DNA of 56,964 nt from NCBI GenBank assembly GCA_015490605.1, contig WFXL01000005.1:1-56964 (forward strand), given 5' to 3'. Source of the DNA: Rhodospirillales bacterium. GTDB taxonomy: Bacteria; Pseudomonadota; Alphaproteobacteria; Geminicoccales; Geminicoccaceae. Positions 37,858-52,346 of this stretch are shown in pieces (the stretch's first letter is position 1; the number at the start of each line of letters is the position of its first letter). Made by a program: the position numbers and the translations under genes. Below the pieces are notes generated by a model. The model was not told the origin of the DNA, searched no databases, and was given only the letters and a program-made list of their open reading frames with translations.

Positions 37858-39837
37858 ATGAGTGCTACGCCCAAGCCCTTCGAGGCCGATGTCGGGCGCG
37901 TGCTCGACATCGTGGTCAACTCGCTCTACCGCCATCGCGAGGTGTTCCTACGGGAGCTCATCTCCAACGCCTCTGATGCCTGCGACCGGCTGCGCTATCT
38001 CTCCCTGTCCGAGCCCGAACTCTTGGGCGAGGATCCCGAGTTCCGCATTGAGATCCTGCTGGATCGGGGCAAGCGCCTGATCACGGTGCGGGACAATGGC
38101 ATCGGCATGAACCGCGAGGAGCTGGAGCGCAACCTCGGCACCATCGCCCGCTCCGGCACCGCCCGCTTCGTGGCCGAACTCACCGGCGAGCGCACGCGTG
38201 ATCTCGAGCTCATCGGCCGCTTCGGCGTAGGCTTCTATGCCGCCTTCATGGTGGCCGATCGGGTGGTGGTGGTCTCGCGCCGTGCCGGTGAAGAGCGGGG
38301 CTGGGTGTGGGCATCGGACGGCCGCAGCGGCTATCTGGTGGAGGAGGCCGAGACGGTACCGCCGCGGGGGACCGCCGTCACCCTCCACCTCAAGGCCGAT
38401 GCCGACGAATTCCTCAACCCCTTGCGCATCGAGGAGGTGATCCGGCGCTATTGTGATCACATCGCCTTTCCCATCTTCCTCGAGGTGGAGCCGGCCGCAG
38501 GTGAAAGCCGCACCAGCCTGCAACAGCGGCGTCAGATCAACCGCGCGAGCGCCATCTGGACCCGGCCGCCGCAGGAGATCTCGGACGAGGCCTATGTGGA
38601 ATTCTATCGCCACGTGGCCCACAGTTTCGACCGGCCCTATGCGCGGCTGCATTTGCGGATGGAAGGGCAGCTTGCCTGGAGTGCGCTCCTGTTCATCCCC
38701 GAGCGCCGGCCCTTCGATCTGTTCGACCCGCACCGGCGCCACGGGGTGAGGCTCTACGTCCGGCGGGTGTTCGTCACCGACGGGCTCGAGGGACTGCTGC
38801 CGCGGTGGCTGCGCTTTGTGGTGGGGGTGGTGGACAGCGAGGATCTGCCCCTGAATGTCTCGCGCGAGACGCTGCAGCACGATGCGGTGGTGGCAAAGAT
38901 CCGCCGCACCCTGATCCGGCGGATCCTGGACGAGCTCGCCCGCCTGGCGCAGCGCGAGGGAGGTGAGGGCGAACGTCCCTCCTGGAGCGACTGGTGGTGC
39001 GAGTTCGGACCGGTGCTCAAGGAGGGGCTGCTGGAAGAGGGCGAGTGGCGCGAGCGCATCCTCGCCCTGGCCCGCTTTCGCACCACCCGGGATGAGGGCT
39101 GGACCGACCTGGACTCCTATCTCAGCCGCATGGTGAAGGGCCAGAAGGCCATCTATGTGCTCACCGGCGAGGATGCGGCGAGCCTGCGGCACCATCCCCA
39201 GCTGGAGGCGGCGCGTGCGCGCGGCATCGAAGTGCTGCTCCTGGACGACGCCGTCGATCCGTTCTGGCTGGAGCGGGTGGAATCCTACAAGGGCCACCGG
39301 TTCGTCTCGCTGGCCAAGGGCGAGGTGGACTTCGCCGGCATCGGCGAGGCGCCGCGGGAAGAGGCTGAACCGGCACTCGCCGCGGGCGAGCTTGCGAAGC
39401 TCACCGCCCGCCTCAAGTCAGCGCTGGGAGAGGAGGTGGCGGATGTGCGCCCGTCCCGACGGCTGGCCGACAGTCCGGCCTGTCTGGTGGTGCCGGAATA
39501 CGCGCCCGATCCCGCCCTCGAGCGCCTGCTGCGACGCCATGGTCCCGTCAGCCCGCCGCCGCGGCGGATCCTCGAGTACAACCCGCGCCATCCGCTCCTG
39601 GTGGCGATGGCGGGGATGATCGGGGATGCGCGCCGCAGCCTCGAGTTCGACGAGCTCGCGCGGCTGCTCTTGGACCAGGCGCGGGTGGTGGAGGGCGAGC
39701 CGCTGCCGGATCCAGGTGCCTTCGCCCGCCGCCTCGGCCGCTTCCTCGCGCGTGCGGTCGATCGGGCCGCCCCCACAGCCGGCGATGCGCCACAGGCGGA
39801 TGCCGCCGGGGCTGCTAGCCCAGAAGGCGGCCGGTGA
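37858..39837 (+). CDS. htpG: Molecular chaperone HtpG (Hsp90)
   Basis: FEADVGRVLDIVVNSLYRHREVFLRELISNASDACDRLRY......IGRFGVGFYAAFMVAD. Confidence 0.95.
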   Translation: MSATPKPFEADVGRVLDIVVNSLYRHREVFLRELISNASDACDRLRYLSLSEPELLGEDPEFRIEILLDRGKRLITVRDNGIGMNREELERNLGTIARSGTARFVAELTGERTRDLELIGRFGVGFYAAFMVADRVVVVSRRAGEERGWVWASDGRSGYLVEEAETVPPRGTAVTLHLKADADEFLNPLRIEEVIRRYCDHIAFPIFLEVEPAAGESRTSLQQRRQINRASAIWTRPPQEISDEAYVEFYRHVAHSFDRPYARLHLRMEGQLAWSALLFIPERRPFDLFDPHRRHGVRLYVRRVFVTDGLEGLLPRWLRFVVGVVDSEDLPLNVSRETLQHDAVVAKIRRTLIRRILDELARLAQREGGEGERPSWSDWWCEFGPVLKEGLLEEGEWRERILALARFRTTRDEGWTDLDSYLSRMVKGQKAIYVLTGEDAASLRHHPQLEAARARGIEVLLLDDAVDPFWLERVESYKGHRFVSLAKGEVDFAGIGEAPREEAEPALAAGELAKLTARLKSALGEEVADVRPSRRLADSPACLVVPEYAPDPALERLLRRHGPVSPPPRRILEYNPRHPLLVAMAGMIGDARRSLEFDELARLLLDQARVVEGEPLPDPGAFARRLGRFLARAVDRAAPTAGDAPQADAAGAASPEGGR

Positions 39838-41281
39838 GTTCCGCCTTCACCCGCGTGCGGAAGGCGTCGATGGTGCGGAAATCCTCGCGCAGCCGCCGTC
39901 GTTCGCGCCGGCTGAGGGTACGCGGATCCAGCCAGTAGCCCGGCGTGCGGCCGGCGCGGAAGTCGGCGAGCTGGGTGCGCAGCACCAGCCCCGTGAGGAA
40001 GGTCCAGGCACTCTCCAGCTCCTCGGCCTCATCCGGCTGCAACACCCCCTGGCTGCGCAGCGCCCTTAGGCGCTGGAGGGTGTTGGTCTCCGCCACCCGA
40101 TGGCGCAGCGCCAGAAGCCGCACCGCCTCGGCCAGCGGCAGGGTGCCGCCATACTTCAAGTGGATCTGGCCGCGGTGGGCGGGATCCTCCCGCTCCGTCA
40201 CCAGCCGGCCAAAGAGGCCGATGGCGGGGCGGTGGTCCGCCTGCACCTCGAACATCTGATAGAGGAACGGGCGGTTGGTGGCGGCCTCCTCGGTCACGAA
40301 CGCCCTGAGCTCACGGCCCAGCTCAAGAGCGCCGAAAACCGGGCGGAAATCGAAGAAGATGTCGCACGAGCGCAGCATCATCTCGTGCAGCCGCCGCATC
40401 CACAGCCGCACCTGCGCCTTCCACTGGGAGAGGGTCTTGCGCCAGAGCGGGTTGGTGGCCATCACCCCACCGCGGCAGTAGGCAAAACCGAGCTCGGCCA
40501 GGCGCCGGGTGAAGCGCTCGGCCAGTTCGATGAACCACGGGTCGATAGCGCCGTGGCGGTCGTCGGCATAGTCGGCCAGGATGAAGCCATTGTCCTGGTC
40601 GGGAAACAACAGGCTCTCGCCGCGCCCGCCAGATCCCATCACCAGCGCGCAGAAAGCGACCGGCGGCTCGCCCCAGCCCTCCTCGCGCATCTCCGCCAGC
40701 ACCAGCCGCAGCACCCGCCGATGCAGATCGAGATTGATGTCGGAGATGAGCTCCTGGATCTCGGGCGCTGGTACGCCGTCAGCCAGCAGCCGTTCGGCCA
40801 CATCCACCTGCGCCTGCTTGACCTGCCCCAGCCCTGCCAGGGTGTCCTCATGGGTGAGGCGGTCGATGTCGTCCACCAGCGGCCCCGCCGCCACCGCCAG
40901 CGCCTCGTGCAGGTAGAGCATGCCCACCAGCCGGCCGGCGGCATCCACCACCGGCATGTGCCGCAGGCGCATGCGGCGCATGAAGCCGATCGCCTTGTAG
41001 AGCCGGTCCTCGGCCGGGATGGTCAGGACCGGGGCGGTGGTGAAGCCGTCCACCGGGCGCTCGCCAATGCGCCGGCAGGCGATGCGGCGCACCACGTCCT
41101 GCTCGGTGAGGATGCCGCGGATGCGGCCGTCGGCATCCGCCACCACCGCCGCCGAGGCGCGCGCTTCCACCATCCGCGCCACCGTCTCCGCCGCACTGGT
41201 GCCGGGAGCCACCACCACCGGCGGCGGTGCCATGTGGTCGCGCACGATGCGGCGGAAGACGGCGGTGCGGCTGGTGGGCAC
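39815..41281 (-). CDS. CBS-pair plus DUF294-type putative nucleotidyltransferase signalling protein
   Basis: It has two N-terminal CBS motifs, then the GSGGRGESLLFPDQDNGFIL nucleotidyltransferase motif and a DUF294_C-like tail. It overlaps the htpG 3' end by 23 nt (convergent). Confidence 0.8.
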   Translation of the reverse strand: MPTSRTAVFRRIVRDHMAPPPVVVAPGTSAAETVARMVEARASAAVVADADGRIRGILTEQDVVRRIACRRIGERPVDGFTTAPVLTIPAEDRLYKAIGFMRRMRLRHMPVVDAAGRLVGMLYLHEALAVAAGPLVDDIDRLTHEDTLAGLGQVKQAQVDVAERLLADGVPAPEIQELISDINLDLHRRVLRLVLAEMREEGWGEPPVAFCALVMGSGGRGESLLFPDQDNGFILADYADDRHGAIDPWFIELAERFTRRLAELGFAYCRGGVMATNPLWRKTLSQWKAQVRLWMRRLHEMMLRSCDIFFDFRPVFGALELGRELRAFVTEEAATNRPFLYQMFEVQADHRPAIGLFGRLVTEREDPAHRGQIHLKYGGTLPLAEAVRLLALRHRVAETNTLQRLRALRSQGVLQPDEAEELESAWTFLTGLVLRTQLADFRAGRTPGYWLDPRTLSRRERRRLREDFRTIDAFRTRVKAELTGRLLG

Positions 41282-41393
41282 GGGCGGATCTCCCGGGCGC
41301 GGCTTCCCCGGCAGAGAAGGGGCGTTTCAGGGCGGGCTTCAAGCCGGGCTGCCGCCGGGATCGCCCCGAATCACGGCCCGGTGTGGCGGCACC

Positions 41394-42302
41394 TCACCAC
41401 ACCGGCTGTTCGGCCACCTTTTCCAACAGGAAATCGCGGAAGACGGCGACCCGTTTGCTGTGGCGCAGTTCGCTCGGATAGATGAAGTAGGCGGTGAAGG
41501 TCGGGCCCTCGAGATCGGGCAGCACCCGTTCGAGGCGATAGCTGCGATAGGCGAGATAGTCCGGCAGCGAGGCCAGGCCGACGCCGCGCTCGGCCGCCCG
41601 CAGCATGCCGTAGACATTGTTGATGGTGAGCGTGGCCTTGCGGGGTGGGCGCGGATCGCCCGGCTCGCGCCCCGCCACCAGCACCCAGTTGAGCGCGGGC
41701 ACCGGCACGCCCGCGGGCTCCTCGCCATAGGCCACCAGACGATGGCGGTCGAGTTCGTCGGGGGTCTCGGGGCGGCCGTATTTCTCGAGATAGTCGCGCG
41801 AGGCGTAGATGTGGGTATGGCCGGTCATCAGCCGCCTTTGGACGAGATCGGGGTGGCGTGGGCGGTGCATGCGGATGGCCACATCGGCTTCGCGCAGGGT
41901 GAGGTCCAGGTCGGTATCGGTGACGATCAGGGAGACGGTGATCTCGGGATAGCGCTCGTAGAATTCCGCCAGGTGCGAAGTGAGCCAGACAGTGCCGAGG
42001 CCGACGGTGGTGTTGACCCGCAGATGCCCCGCCGGCCGGTCGCGGCTTTCCGACAGGAGCGCCTGGGCGCGGTGCATGCGCTCGGCCATCTCCCGCGCCA
42101 CTTCCAGCAACAGCTCACCCTGTTCGGTCAGCACCAGCCCGCGGGCGTGGCGGTGGAACAGGGTCACCCCCAGGTCCTCCTCGAGCGCGCCGATCTGGCG
42201 CGAGACCGCCGACTGGCTCAGTCCCAGCCGCTCCGCCGCCCGGGTGAAGCTGCCCGCCTCGGCCACCGCGAGGAAGACGCGGATGCGATCCCAGTTGACC
42301 AC
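41394..42302 (-). CDS. LysR family transcriptional regulator
   Basis: It has the N-terminal wHTH WDRIRVFLAVAEAGSFTRAAERLGLSQSAVSRQIGALEEDLGVTLFHRHARG and a LysR substrate-binding C-terminus. Confidence 0.9.
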   Translation of the reverse strand: MVNWDRIRVFLAVAEAGSFTRAAERLGLSQSAVSRQIGALEEDLGVTLFHRHARGLVLTEQGELLLEVAREMAERMHRAQALLSESRDRPAGHLRVNTTVGLGTVWLTSHLAEFYERYPEITVSLIVTDTDLDLTLREADVAIRMHRPRHPDLVQRRLMTGHTHIYASRDYLEKYGRPETPDELDRHRLVAYGEEPAGVPVPALNWVLVAGREPGDPRPPRKATLTINNVYGMLRAAERGVGLASLPDYLAYRSYRLERVLPDLEGPTFTAYFIYPSELRHSKRVAVFRDFLLEKVAEQPVW

Positions 42303-42342
42303 CGTCCATCCCCCGAACCGTCGCCCGCGGTCGGACGGGCGC

Positions 42343-43323
<981 letters not shown>

Positions 43324-43803
43324 TCACACATAGCGCACTTCCAGGATCTCGAAGTAGCGGGTGCCCCGCGGGGTTTCCACCTCCACGCGATCCCCCGCCT
43401 CCTTGCCGATAAGCGCCCGCGCCAAGGGGGCGTGGATCGACAGCAGGCCCTTGGCCACATCCGCCTCCTCGGGGCCGACGATGCGATAGGTGACCTCCTC
43501 GTCGGTCTCCTCATCCACCAGCCGCACGGTGGCGCCGAACATGATGCGCTTTTCGCCGGCGAGCTTGGCCACGTCGATCACTTCGGCACGGGCGAGCTTA
43601 TCCTCGAGCTCCATCACCCGTCCCTCGATGAAGCTCTGGCGCTCGCGCGCGGCGTGGTATTCGGCGTTCTCCGAGAGATCCCCGTGGGCCCGCGCTTCGG
43701 CGATGGCCCGGATGATGGCCGGGCGCTCCACCGTCTTCAGGCGCTTGAGCTCCTCCTGGAGACGCGCATAGCCTTCCGGCGTCATCGGAATGCGATTCGA
43801 CAT
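43324..43803 (-). CDS. greA: Transcription elongation factor GreA
   Basis: [59 protein letters not shown]. Confidence 0.95.
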   Translation of the reverse strand: MSNRIPMTPEGYARLQEELKRLKTVERPAIIRAIAEARAHGDLSENAEYHAARERQSFIEGRVMELEDKLARAEVIDVAKLAGEKRIMFGATVRLVDEETDEEVTYRIVGPEEADVAKGLLSIHAPLARALIGKEAGDRVEVETPRGTRYFEILEVRYV

Positions 43804-43857
43804 GGCCGGTCGTAATCCGTGCTACGGGTCTGGGGAAAAACGCCCCATGCCGGGGCG

Positions 43858-47130
<3,273 letters not shown>

Positions 47131-47133
47131 GGG

Positions 47134-48306
47134 TCAGCTCCCGCCGCGTTCGACGAGGGTGCGGAACCGGTGGAACAGCTGGTGGGCGTCGTGGGGACCG
47201 GGTGAGGCCTCGGGATGGAACTGGACCGAGAAGGCCGGCCGGTCGAGGGCGCGGATCCCCTGGATGGTGCCGTCGAAGAGGGAGCGGTGGGTGACCTCGA
47301 TCCCCGCCGGCAGCCCCTCATCGGCGATGGCAAAGCCATGGTTCTGGCTGGTGATCTCCACCCGGCCGCTGGCCAGCTCCTGCACCGGATGGTTGGCGCC
47401 GTGGTGACCGAAGGGCATCTTCACGGTGCGCGCACCCAGGGCGAGGCCCAGCATCTGATGGCCGAGACAGATGCCGAAGAGAGGCATACCGGCATCCAGA
47501 AGTGCTCGGATCTGCGGCACCGCCCAGCGGCCGGTGGCGGCGGGATCGCCGGGACCGTTGGAGAGCAGCACGCCGTCGGGCTTGAGCGCGAGGATGTCGG
47601 CTGCTGCCGTGCGCCCCGGCACCACGGTCACGCGGAAGCCGGCGGAGACCAGCGAGCGCAGAATGTTGCGCTTGACCCCATAGTCCACCACCACCACCCG
47701 CGGCCCATCCGGGGTGGTGGCGGCATGGCCCTCGGGCCAGCGCCACAGCCCCTCGTACCACTCATAGCGCTGGCGGCAGCTGACCTCATCCACCAGGTCC
47801 ATGCCCACGATCCCCGGCCAGTCGCGGGCCATGCGGGCAAGCTCCTCGAGGTCGAGCGCACCCGAAGGGTCATAGGCGATGGCGGCGTTCTTGAAGCCCT
47901 CCTGACGCAGGATGCGGGTCAGCCGGCGGGTGTCGATGCCGGTGACGGCAAAGAGACCGTGGCGTTCGAGCCAGCGGCCGAGGGACTCGGCCGCACGCCA
48001 GTTGGAGGGATCGGCGATGGAGGCGCGCGCCACCATGCCGCGCACCACCGGGGTGGTGGCCTCGTGGTCCTCGGCGTTGGCGCCGACGATGCCGATGTGG
48101 GGGAAGGTGAAGGTGATGATCTGGGCGGCGTAGGAGGGATCGGTGAGGATCTCCTCATAGCCGGTCATGGCGGTGTTGAAGACCAGCTCCCCCACCGCCC
48201 GGCCCGGCTGGCCGCAGCCATGGCCGAGAAACGCCCTGCCGTCCTCCAGCACGAGCGCTGCGTCGGGACGGCGCCGGAAGGATGGGGACATGGCGGGATG
48301 GTCCAT
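47134..48306 (-). CDS. carA: Carbamoyl-phosphate synthase small (glutaminase) subunit
   Basis: GELVFNTAMTGYEEILTDPSY and the GATase motifs PLFGICLGHQ and HGFA. It lies 3 nt upstream of carB. Confidence 0.95.
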   Translation of the reverse strand: MDHPAMSPSFRRRPDAALVLEDGRAFLGHGCGQPGRAVGELVFNTAMTGYEEILTDPSYAAQIITFTFPHIGIVGANAEDHEATTPVVRGMVARASIADPSNWRAAESLGRWLERHGLFAVTGIDTRRLTRILRQEGFKNAAIAYDPSGALDLEELARMARDWPGIVGMDLVDEVSCRQRYEWYEGLWRWPEGHAATTPDGPRVVVVDYGVKRNILRSLVSAGFRVTVVPGRTAAADILALKPDGVLLSNGPGDPAATGRWAVPQIRALLDAGMPLFGICLGHQMLGLALGARTVKMPFGHHGANHPVQELASGRVEITSQNHGFAIADEGLPAGIEVTHRSLFDGTIQGIRALDRPAFSVQFHPEASPGPHDAHQLFHRFRTLVERGGS

Positions 48307-48491
48307 AAGGGATCGGTGCGATCGACCGGCCGGGGCGCGGGGCCGCGGCCGCCCGGCATTCTAGGTTGCGGAGGCCGCGGGTCAACCGCGGTGCGACGCC
48401 CCCCGCCGGGGTCGCCAGCGGCGGCCGCGCTTGACAGGGCAGGGCGCTTGGCGTTTGTCGGCTGTGGTGGCGACGGCGAGGGAGGTGCAGC

Positions 48492-48872
48492 ATGGAGCCG
48501 GTGTACGACGATAACAACGTCTTCGCAAAGATCCTCCGCGGCGAGATCCCCTGCCGGAAGGTCTATGAGGACGATTACGCCCTCGCCTTCCACGACATCA
48601 ACCCGCGCGCGCCGGTCCATGTGCTGGTCATTCCCAAGGGCAAATATGTCAACATGATCGACTTCCACCGCCGCGCCAGCGATGAGGAGATCGCCGGTTT
48701 CTTCCGGGCAGTGGGGCGCACCGCCGCCGAGCTTGGCCTCGAGGCGCGGGGCTATCGCTTTCTCGCCAACAATGGCGCCGATGCCAATCAGGAGGTGGGG
48801 CATTTCCACGTGCACATCTTCGGCGGCGCGCCGCTCGGGGCCATGATCGGCCGGGTGCGGGGCGAGGGCTGA
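48492..48872 (+). CDS. HIT (histidine triad) family protein
   Basis: NVFAKILRGEIPCRKVYEDDYALAFHDINPRAPVHVLVIPK and the triad HFHVHIFGG. Confidence 0.9.
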   Translation: MEPVYDDNNVFAKILRGEIPCRKVYEDDYALAFHDINPRAPVHVLVIPKGKYVNMIDFHRRASDEEIAGFFRAVGRTAAELGLEARGYRFLANNGADANQEVGHFHVHIFGGAPLGAMIGRVRGEG

Positions 48873-48916
48873 ACCGCCGTCGCAGGGTGTGAGATCAGCG
48901 ACAGGGGAGGCGGATC

Positions 48917-49894
48917 ATGGCACGACGGGTGGTGGTGCGGCGGCACGGCGGTCCCGAGGTGCTGGAAATCGAGGAGTACGACCCGCCGCCGCCGGGGCCG
49001 GGGGAGGTGCGGGTGCGGCATACCGCCATCGGCCTCAACTTTATCGATGTCTACTTCCGCACCGGCCTCTATCCGCCGCCGCAGCTGCCCTTCACCCCCG
49101 GCTTCGAGGCCTGCGGCGTGGTGGAGGAAGTGGGCGAGGGGGTCGACTTCCTGCAGGTGGGCCAGCGGGTGGCCTATGGCACCGGGCCGCTTGGGGCCTA
49201 CTGCGATGTGCGCACCATGCCGGCGGAGGTGCTGGTGCCGATCCCCGACTCCATCCCCGACGAGGTGGCGGCGGCGATGATGCTCAAGGGGATGACGGTG
49301 CGCTATCTGCTGCGCCGCACCTATGAGGTGAAGCCGGGCGACTGGATCCTGTTCCATGCGGCCGCCGGTGGTGTCGGGCTGATCGCCTGTCAGTGGGCCA
49401 AGCATCTGGGGGCGGTGGTGATCGGCACCGTCGGCAGCGACGCCAAGGCCGAGCTTGCCCGCGCCCACGGCTGCGACCATCCCATCAACTACAGCCGCGA
49501 GGACTTCGTCGCGCGGGTGGAGGCCCTCACCGGCGGCGAGAAACTGCCGGTGGTCTACGACGGGGTGGGACGTGCCACCTTCCTCAAGTCCTTGGACTGT
49601 CTGCGGCCGCTGGGGCTGATGGTGAGCTTCGGCAATGCCAGCGGGCCGGTGGAGCCGTTCGACATCGGCCTGCTTGCCAAGAAGGGGGCGCTGTTCCTCA
49701 CCCGCCCCACACTGTTCGTCTACACCCGCACGCGCGAGCTGCTGCTGGAACACGCCCGCGACGTGATCGAGGTGGTGGCAAGCGGCGTGGTGCGCATCGA
49801 GATCGGCCAGCGGTTTCCGCTGGATCAGGTGGCGGAGGCCCATCGGGCGCTGGAAGCGCGCCGCACCGTGGGTGCCACCGTGCTGCTGCCCTGA
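48917..49894 (+). CDS. qor: NADPH:quinone oxidoreductase (zeta-crystallin family)
   Basis: GEVRVRHTAIGLNFIDVYFRTGLYP and AAAGGVGLIACQWAKHLGA are MDR superfamily blocks. Confidence 0.88.
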   Translation: MARRVVVRRHGGPEVLEIEEYDPPPPGPGEVRVRHTAIGLNFIDVYFRTGLYPPPQLPFTPGFEACGVVEEVGEGVDFLQVGQRVAYGTGPLGAYCDVRTMPAEVLVPIPDSIPDEVAAAMMLKGMTVRYLLRRTYEVKPGDWILFHAAAGGVGLIACQWAKHLGAVVIGTVGSDAKAELARAHGCDHPINYSREDFVARVEALTGGEKLPVVYDGVGRATFLKSLDCLRPLGLMVSFGNASGPVEPFDIGLLAKKGALFLTRPTLFVYTRTRELLLEHARDVIEVVASGVVRIEIGQRFPLDQVAEAHRALEARRTVGATVLLP

Positions 49895-49981
49895 TGGTCC
49901 GGCAACGGCGGCCTTGACGGGGGCCGGAGCGGCGGGCACCACCCCCGTGGTTTCGCATTTGCGCATAAGAGGGGGAGCAGC

Positions 49982-50347
49982 ATGAGTGACTGGCTGGCGT
50001 TGGAACAGGCCTATGTGGCCCGGGCCCGGAGCTTGTATCGCGACGGTGGCGCCCCCATGGAGGCCTTCCGACGTCTGGTGCGTGCCACCGCCACCGACGG
50101 GACGCTCACGCACCGGGTGAAGGAGCTGATGGCCCTGGCGATAGCCGTGTGCATTCGCTGTGAGGGTTGCATCGTGTTCCACGCCCGTGCCTTCGTGCGG
50201 CTCGGAGGAACCCGCGAGGAGCTTCTGGAGGCTCTCGGAGTGGCGGTAGAGATGGGGGGTGGGCCCGCCACCATCTATGCCGCCAAGGCGCTTGAATGTT
50301 TTGACCAAATGACGGCCGCCGCAACCCGCGGCCAGGCGGCCAGCTGA
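49982..50347 (+). CDS. Carboxymuconolactone decarboxylase (AhpD-like) family protein
   Basis: LTHRVKELMALAIAVCIRCEGCIVFHARAFVRLGGTREELLEALGVAV carries the CxxC of the AhpD-like fold. Confidence 0.8.
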   Translation: MSDWLALEQAYVARARSLYRDGGAPMEAFRRLVRATATDGTLTHRVKELMALAIAVCIRCEGCIVFHARAFVRLGGTREELLEALGVAVEMGGGPATIYAAKALECFDQMTAAATRGQAAS

Positions 50348-50359
50348 GGGAGAAAAGCG

Positions 50360-50959
50360 GTGGAGGCCTTTGAGGCGCTGTTGGGACGTCGCACCGTGCC
50401 GCTGCCCAAGCTGGGCGAGCCCGGGCCGGATGATGCTACCCTCGCCCGCTGGCTCGAGGCGGCGGCAGCCGCACCCGACCACGGCAAGCTGGTGCCCTTC
50501 CGCTTTCTCATCGTCCGCGGCGAGGGGCGCCGCAAGCTCGCCTCATTGTTGGAACGGGCGCTTTTGAGCGAGCGCGATTCGCCACCTCCCGGCGAGCTCG
50601 AGAAGATGCGCACCAACCCCCTGCGGGTGCCGCTGGTGCTGATCGCCTGGGCGGAACTGCGGCCCGATCATCCCAAGATTCCCGAGATCGAACAGATCGA
50701 AGCGGTGGCCGCAGCGGTGGAGAATCTGCTGGTGGCGATCCATGCTACCGGCTTCGGTGCCAAATGGGCCACCGGCTTTCCCGCCTACAGCCCGACGGTG
50801 CGGCAAGGACTGGGCCTGCCGGCAACAGGGCGCATCGTCGCCATCATCTATGTGGGCACCCCCAAGGCTGAACAGGCGCTGCCGCCCAGGCCCGCGGTGG
50901 CGGACATCGCCCGCCTGTGGCCCGAGAACCGGCCCTTCGGTGCCGGTGACGGGAGCTGA
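50360..50959 (+). CDS. Nitroreductase family protein
   Basis: It has an N-terminal RRTV....L.EPGP block and ...AAPDHGKLVPFRFLIV. It has a GTG start. Confidence 0.75.
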   Translation: MEAFEALLGRRTVPLPKLGEPGPDDATLARWLEAAAAAPDHGKLVPFRFLIVRGEGRRKLASLLERALLSERDSPPPGELEKMRTNPLRVPLVLIAWAELRPDHPKIPEIEQIEAVAAAVENLLVAIHATGFGAKWATGFPAYSPTVRQGLGLPATGRIVAIIYVGTPKAEQALPPRPAVADIARLWPENRPFGAGDGS

Positions 50960-51004
50960 CCCCGGCGCCCCTGCGGGTGTGGGGAGATGAGATGTGCGGG
51001 CGTC

Positions 51005-51028
51005 GGGGGCGGCCCTGGCACCGCCCCC
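51005..51028. terminator. GC hairpin between convergent nitroreductase and icd genes (possible bidirectional terminator; no U-tract)
   Basis: GGGGGCGG-ccctggca-CCGCCCCC. Confidence 0.3.
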
Positions 51029-51038
51029 GATCGGGACC

Positions 51039-52256
51039 TCAGGCGCCCAGGCGCCGGCGCAGTTCCGCCTCGATCTCATCCATGAACTGGGTGGTGGTGA
51101 GCCAGGGCTGATCGGGGCCGATCAGCAGCGCCAGGTCCTTGGTCATCCGGCCCGACTCCACCGTGTCGATGCACACCCGCTCGAGGGTCTCGGCAAAGCG
51201 CACCACCTCAGGCGTGCCGTCGAGCCGCCCGCGGTGGGCCAGGCCGCGGGTCCAGGCGAAGATGGAGGCGATGGGGTTGGTGGAGGTCTCCTTGCCCTGC
51301 TGCCACAGGCGGTAGTGGCGGGTGACGGTACCGTGGGCCGCCTCCGCCTCGACGGTGCGACCGTCGGGGGTCATCAGCACCGAGGTCATCAGGCCGAGGG
51401 AGCCGAAGCCCTGGGCGACGGCGTCGGACTGGACGTCGCCGTCATAGTTCTTGCACGCCCAGACGAAGCCGCCTTCCCACTTGAGCGCTGCCGCCACCAT
51501 GTCGTCGATCAGGCGGTGCTCATAGTGAATTCCCTTAGCCTCGAAGCGTTCCTTGTATTCCTTCTCGTAGATCTCCTGGAAGATGTCCTTGAAACGCCCG
51601 TCGTAGACTTTGAGGATCGTATTCTTGGTCGAGAGATAGACCGGATAGCCCCGCTCGAGCCCGTAGTTGAAGCATGCGCGGGCGAAGTCGCGGATCCTGT
51701 CGTCCTGGTTGAACATCCCCAGGGCGATGCCCGGGCCGGGGAAGTGGTGGACCTCCCACTCCTGCACCTCGCCGCCGTCTTCCGGCTCGAACCGGAGGGT
51801 CAGCCGGCCGCGGCCGGGAATCGGCACATCGGTGGCCTTGTACTGATCGCCGAAGGCATGGCGGCCGATGACGATGGGCTTGGTCCAGGTGCGCACCAGC
51901 CGTGGCACGTTACGGCAGATGATGGGCTCGCGGAAGACGGTGCCGCCCAGGATGTTGCGGATGGTGCCATTGGGCGAGCGCCACATCTTCTTGAGGCCGA
52001 ATTCCTCGACCCGGGCTTCATCAGGCGTGATGGTGGCGCACTTGACGCCGACATTGTAACGCTTGATGGCCTCGGCCGCTTCGACGGTGATGCGGTCCTC
52101 GGTGGCGTCGCGGTTCTGGATCGAGAGATCGTAGTAGATCAGCTGGATGTCCAGGAAGGGCAGGATCAGGCGCTCGCGGATCATGTGCCAGATGATCCGC
52201 GCCATCTCGTCGCCGTCGAGCTCGACGACGGGATTGACGACCTTGATCTTGGCCAT
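51039..52256 (-). CDS. icd: NADP-dependent isocitrate dehydrogenase (homodimeric, eukaryote-like type)
   Basis: [36 protein letters not shown]......[41 protein letters not shown]. Confidence 0.95.
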   Translation of the reverse strand: MAKIKVVNPVVELDGDEMARIIWHMIRERLILPFLDIQLIYYDLSIQNRDATEDRITVEAAEAIKRYNVGVKCATITPDEARVEEFGLKKMWRSPNGTIRNILGGTVFREPIICRNVPRLVRTWTKPIVIGRHAFGDQYKATDVPIPGRGRLTLRFEPEDGGEVQEWEVHHFPGPGIALGMFNQDDRIRDFARACFNYGLERGYPVYLSTKNTILKVYDGRFKDIFQEIYEKEYKERFEAKGIHYEHRLIDDMVAAALKWEGGFVWACKNYDGDVQSDAVAQGFGSLGLMTSVLMTPDGRTVEAEAAHGTVTRHYRLWQQGKETSTNPIASIFAWTRGLAHRGRLDGTPEVVRFAETLERVCIDTVESGRMTKDLALLIGPDQPWLTTTQFMDEIEAELRRRLGA

Positions 52257-52346
52257 GCAGGAATCTCCGGACTGTCACGGATTGCCGCGTTCGCGCGGCT
52301 CTCTAGCGGCTTTTCGCAGCGCGGCAAAGGCCGCCGCGGCAGCCGG

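Noticed and set aside
48425-48470. Sigma70-like TTGACA upstream of the HIT gene
   Set aside because: The -35 hexamer is perfect, but I found no acceptable -10 (TTTGTC at 17 nt), so it is not supportable from sequence alone.
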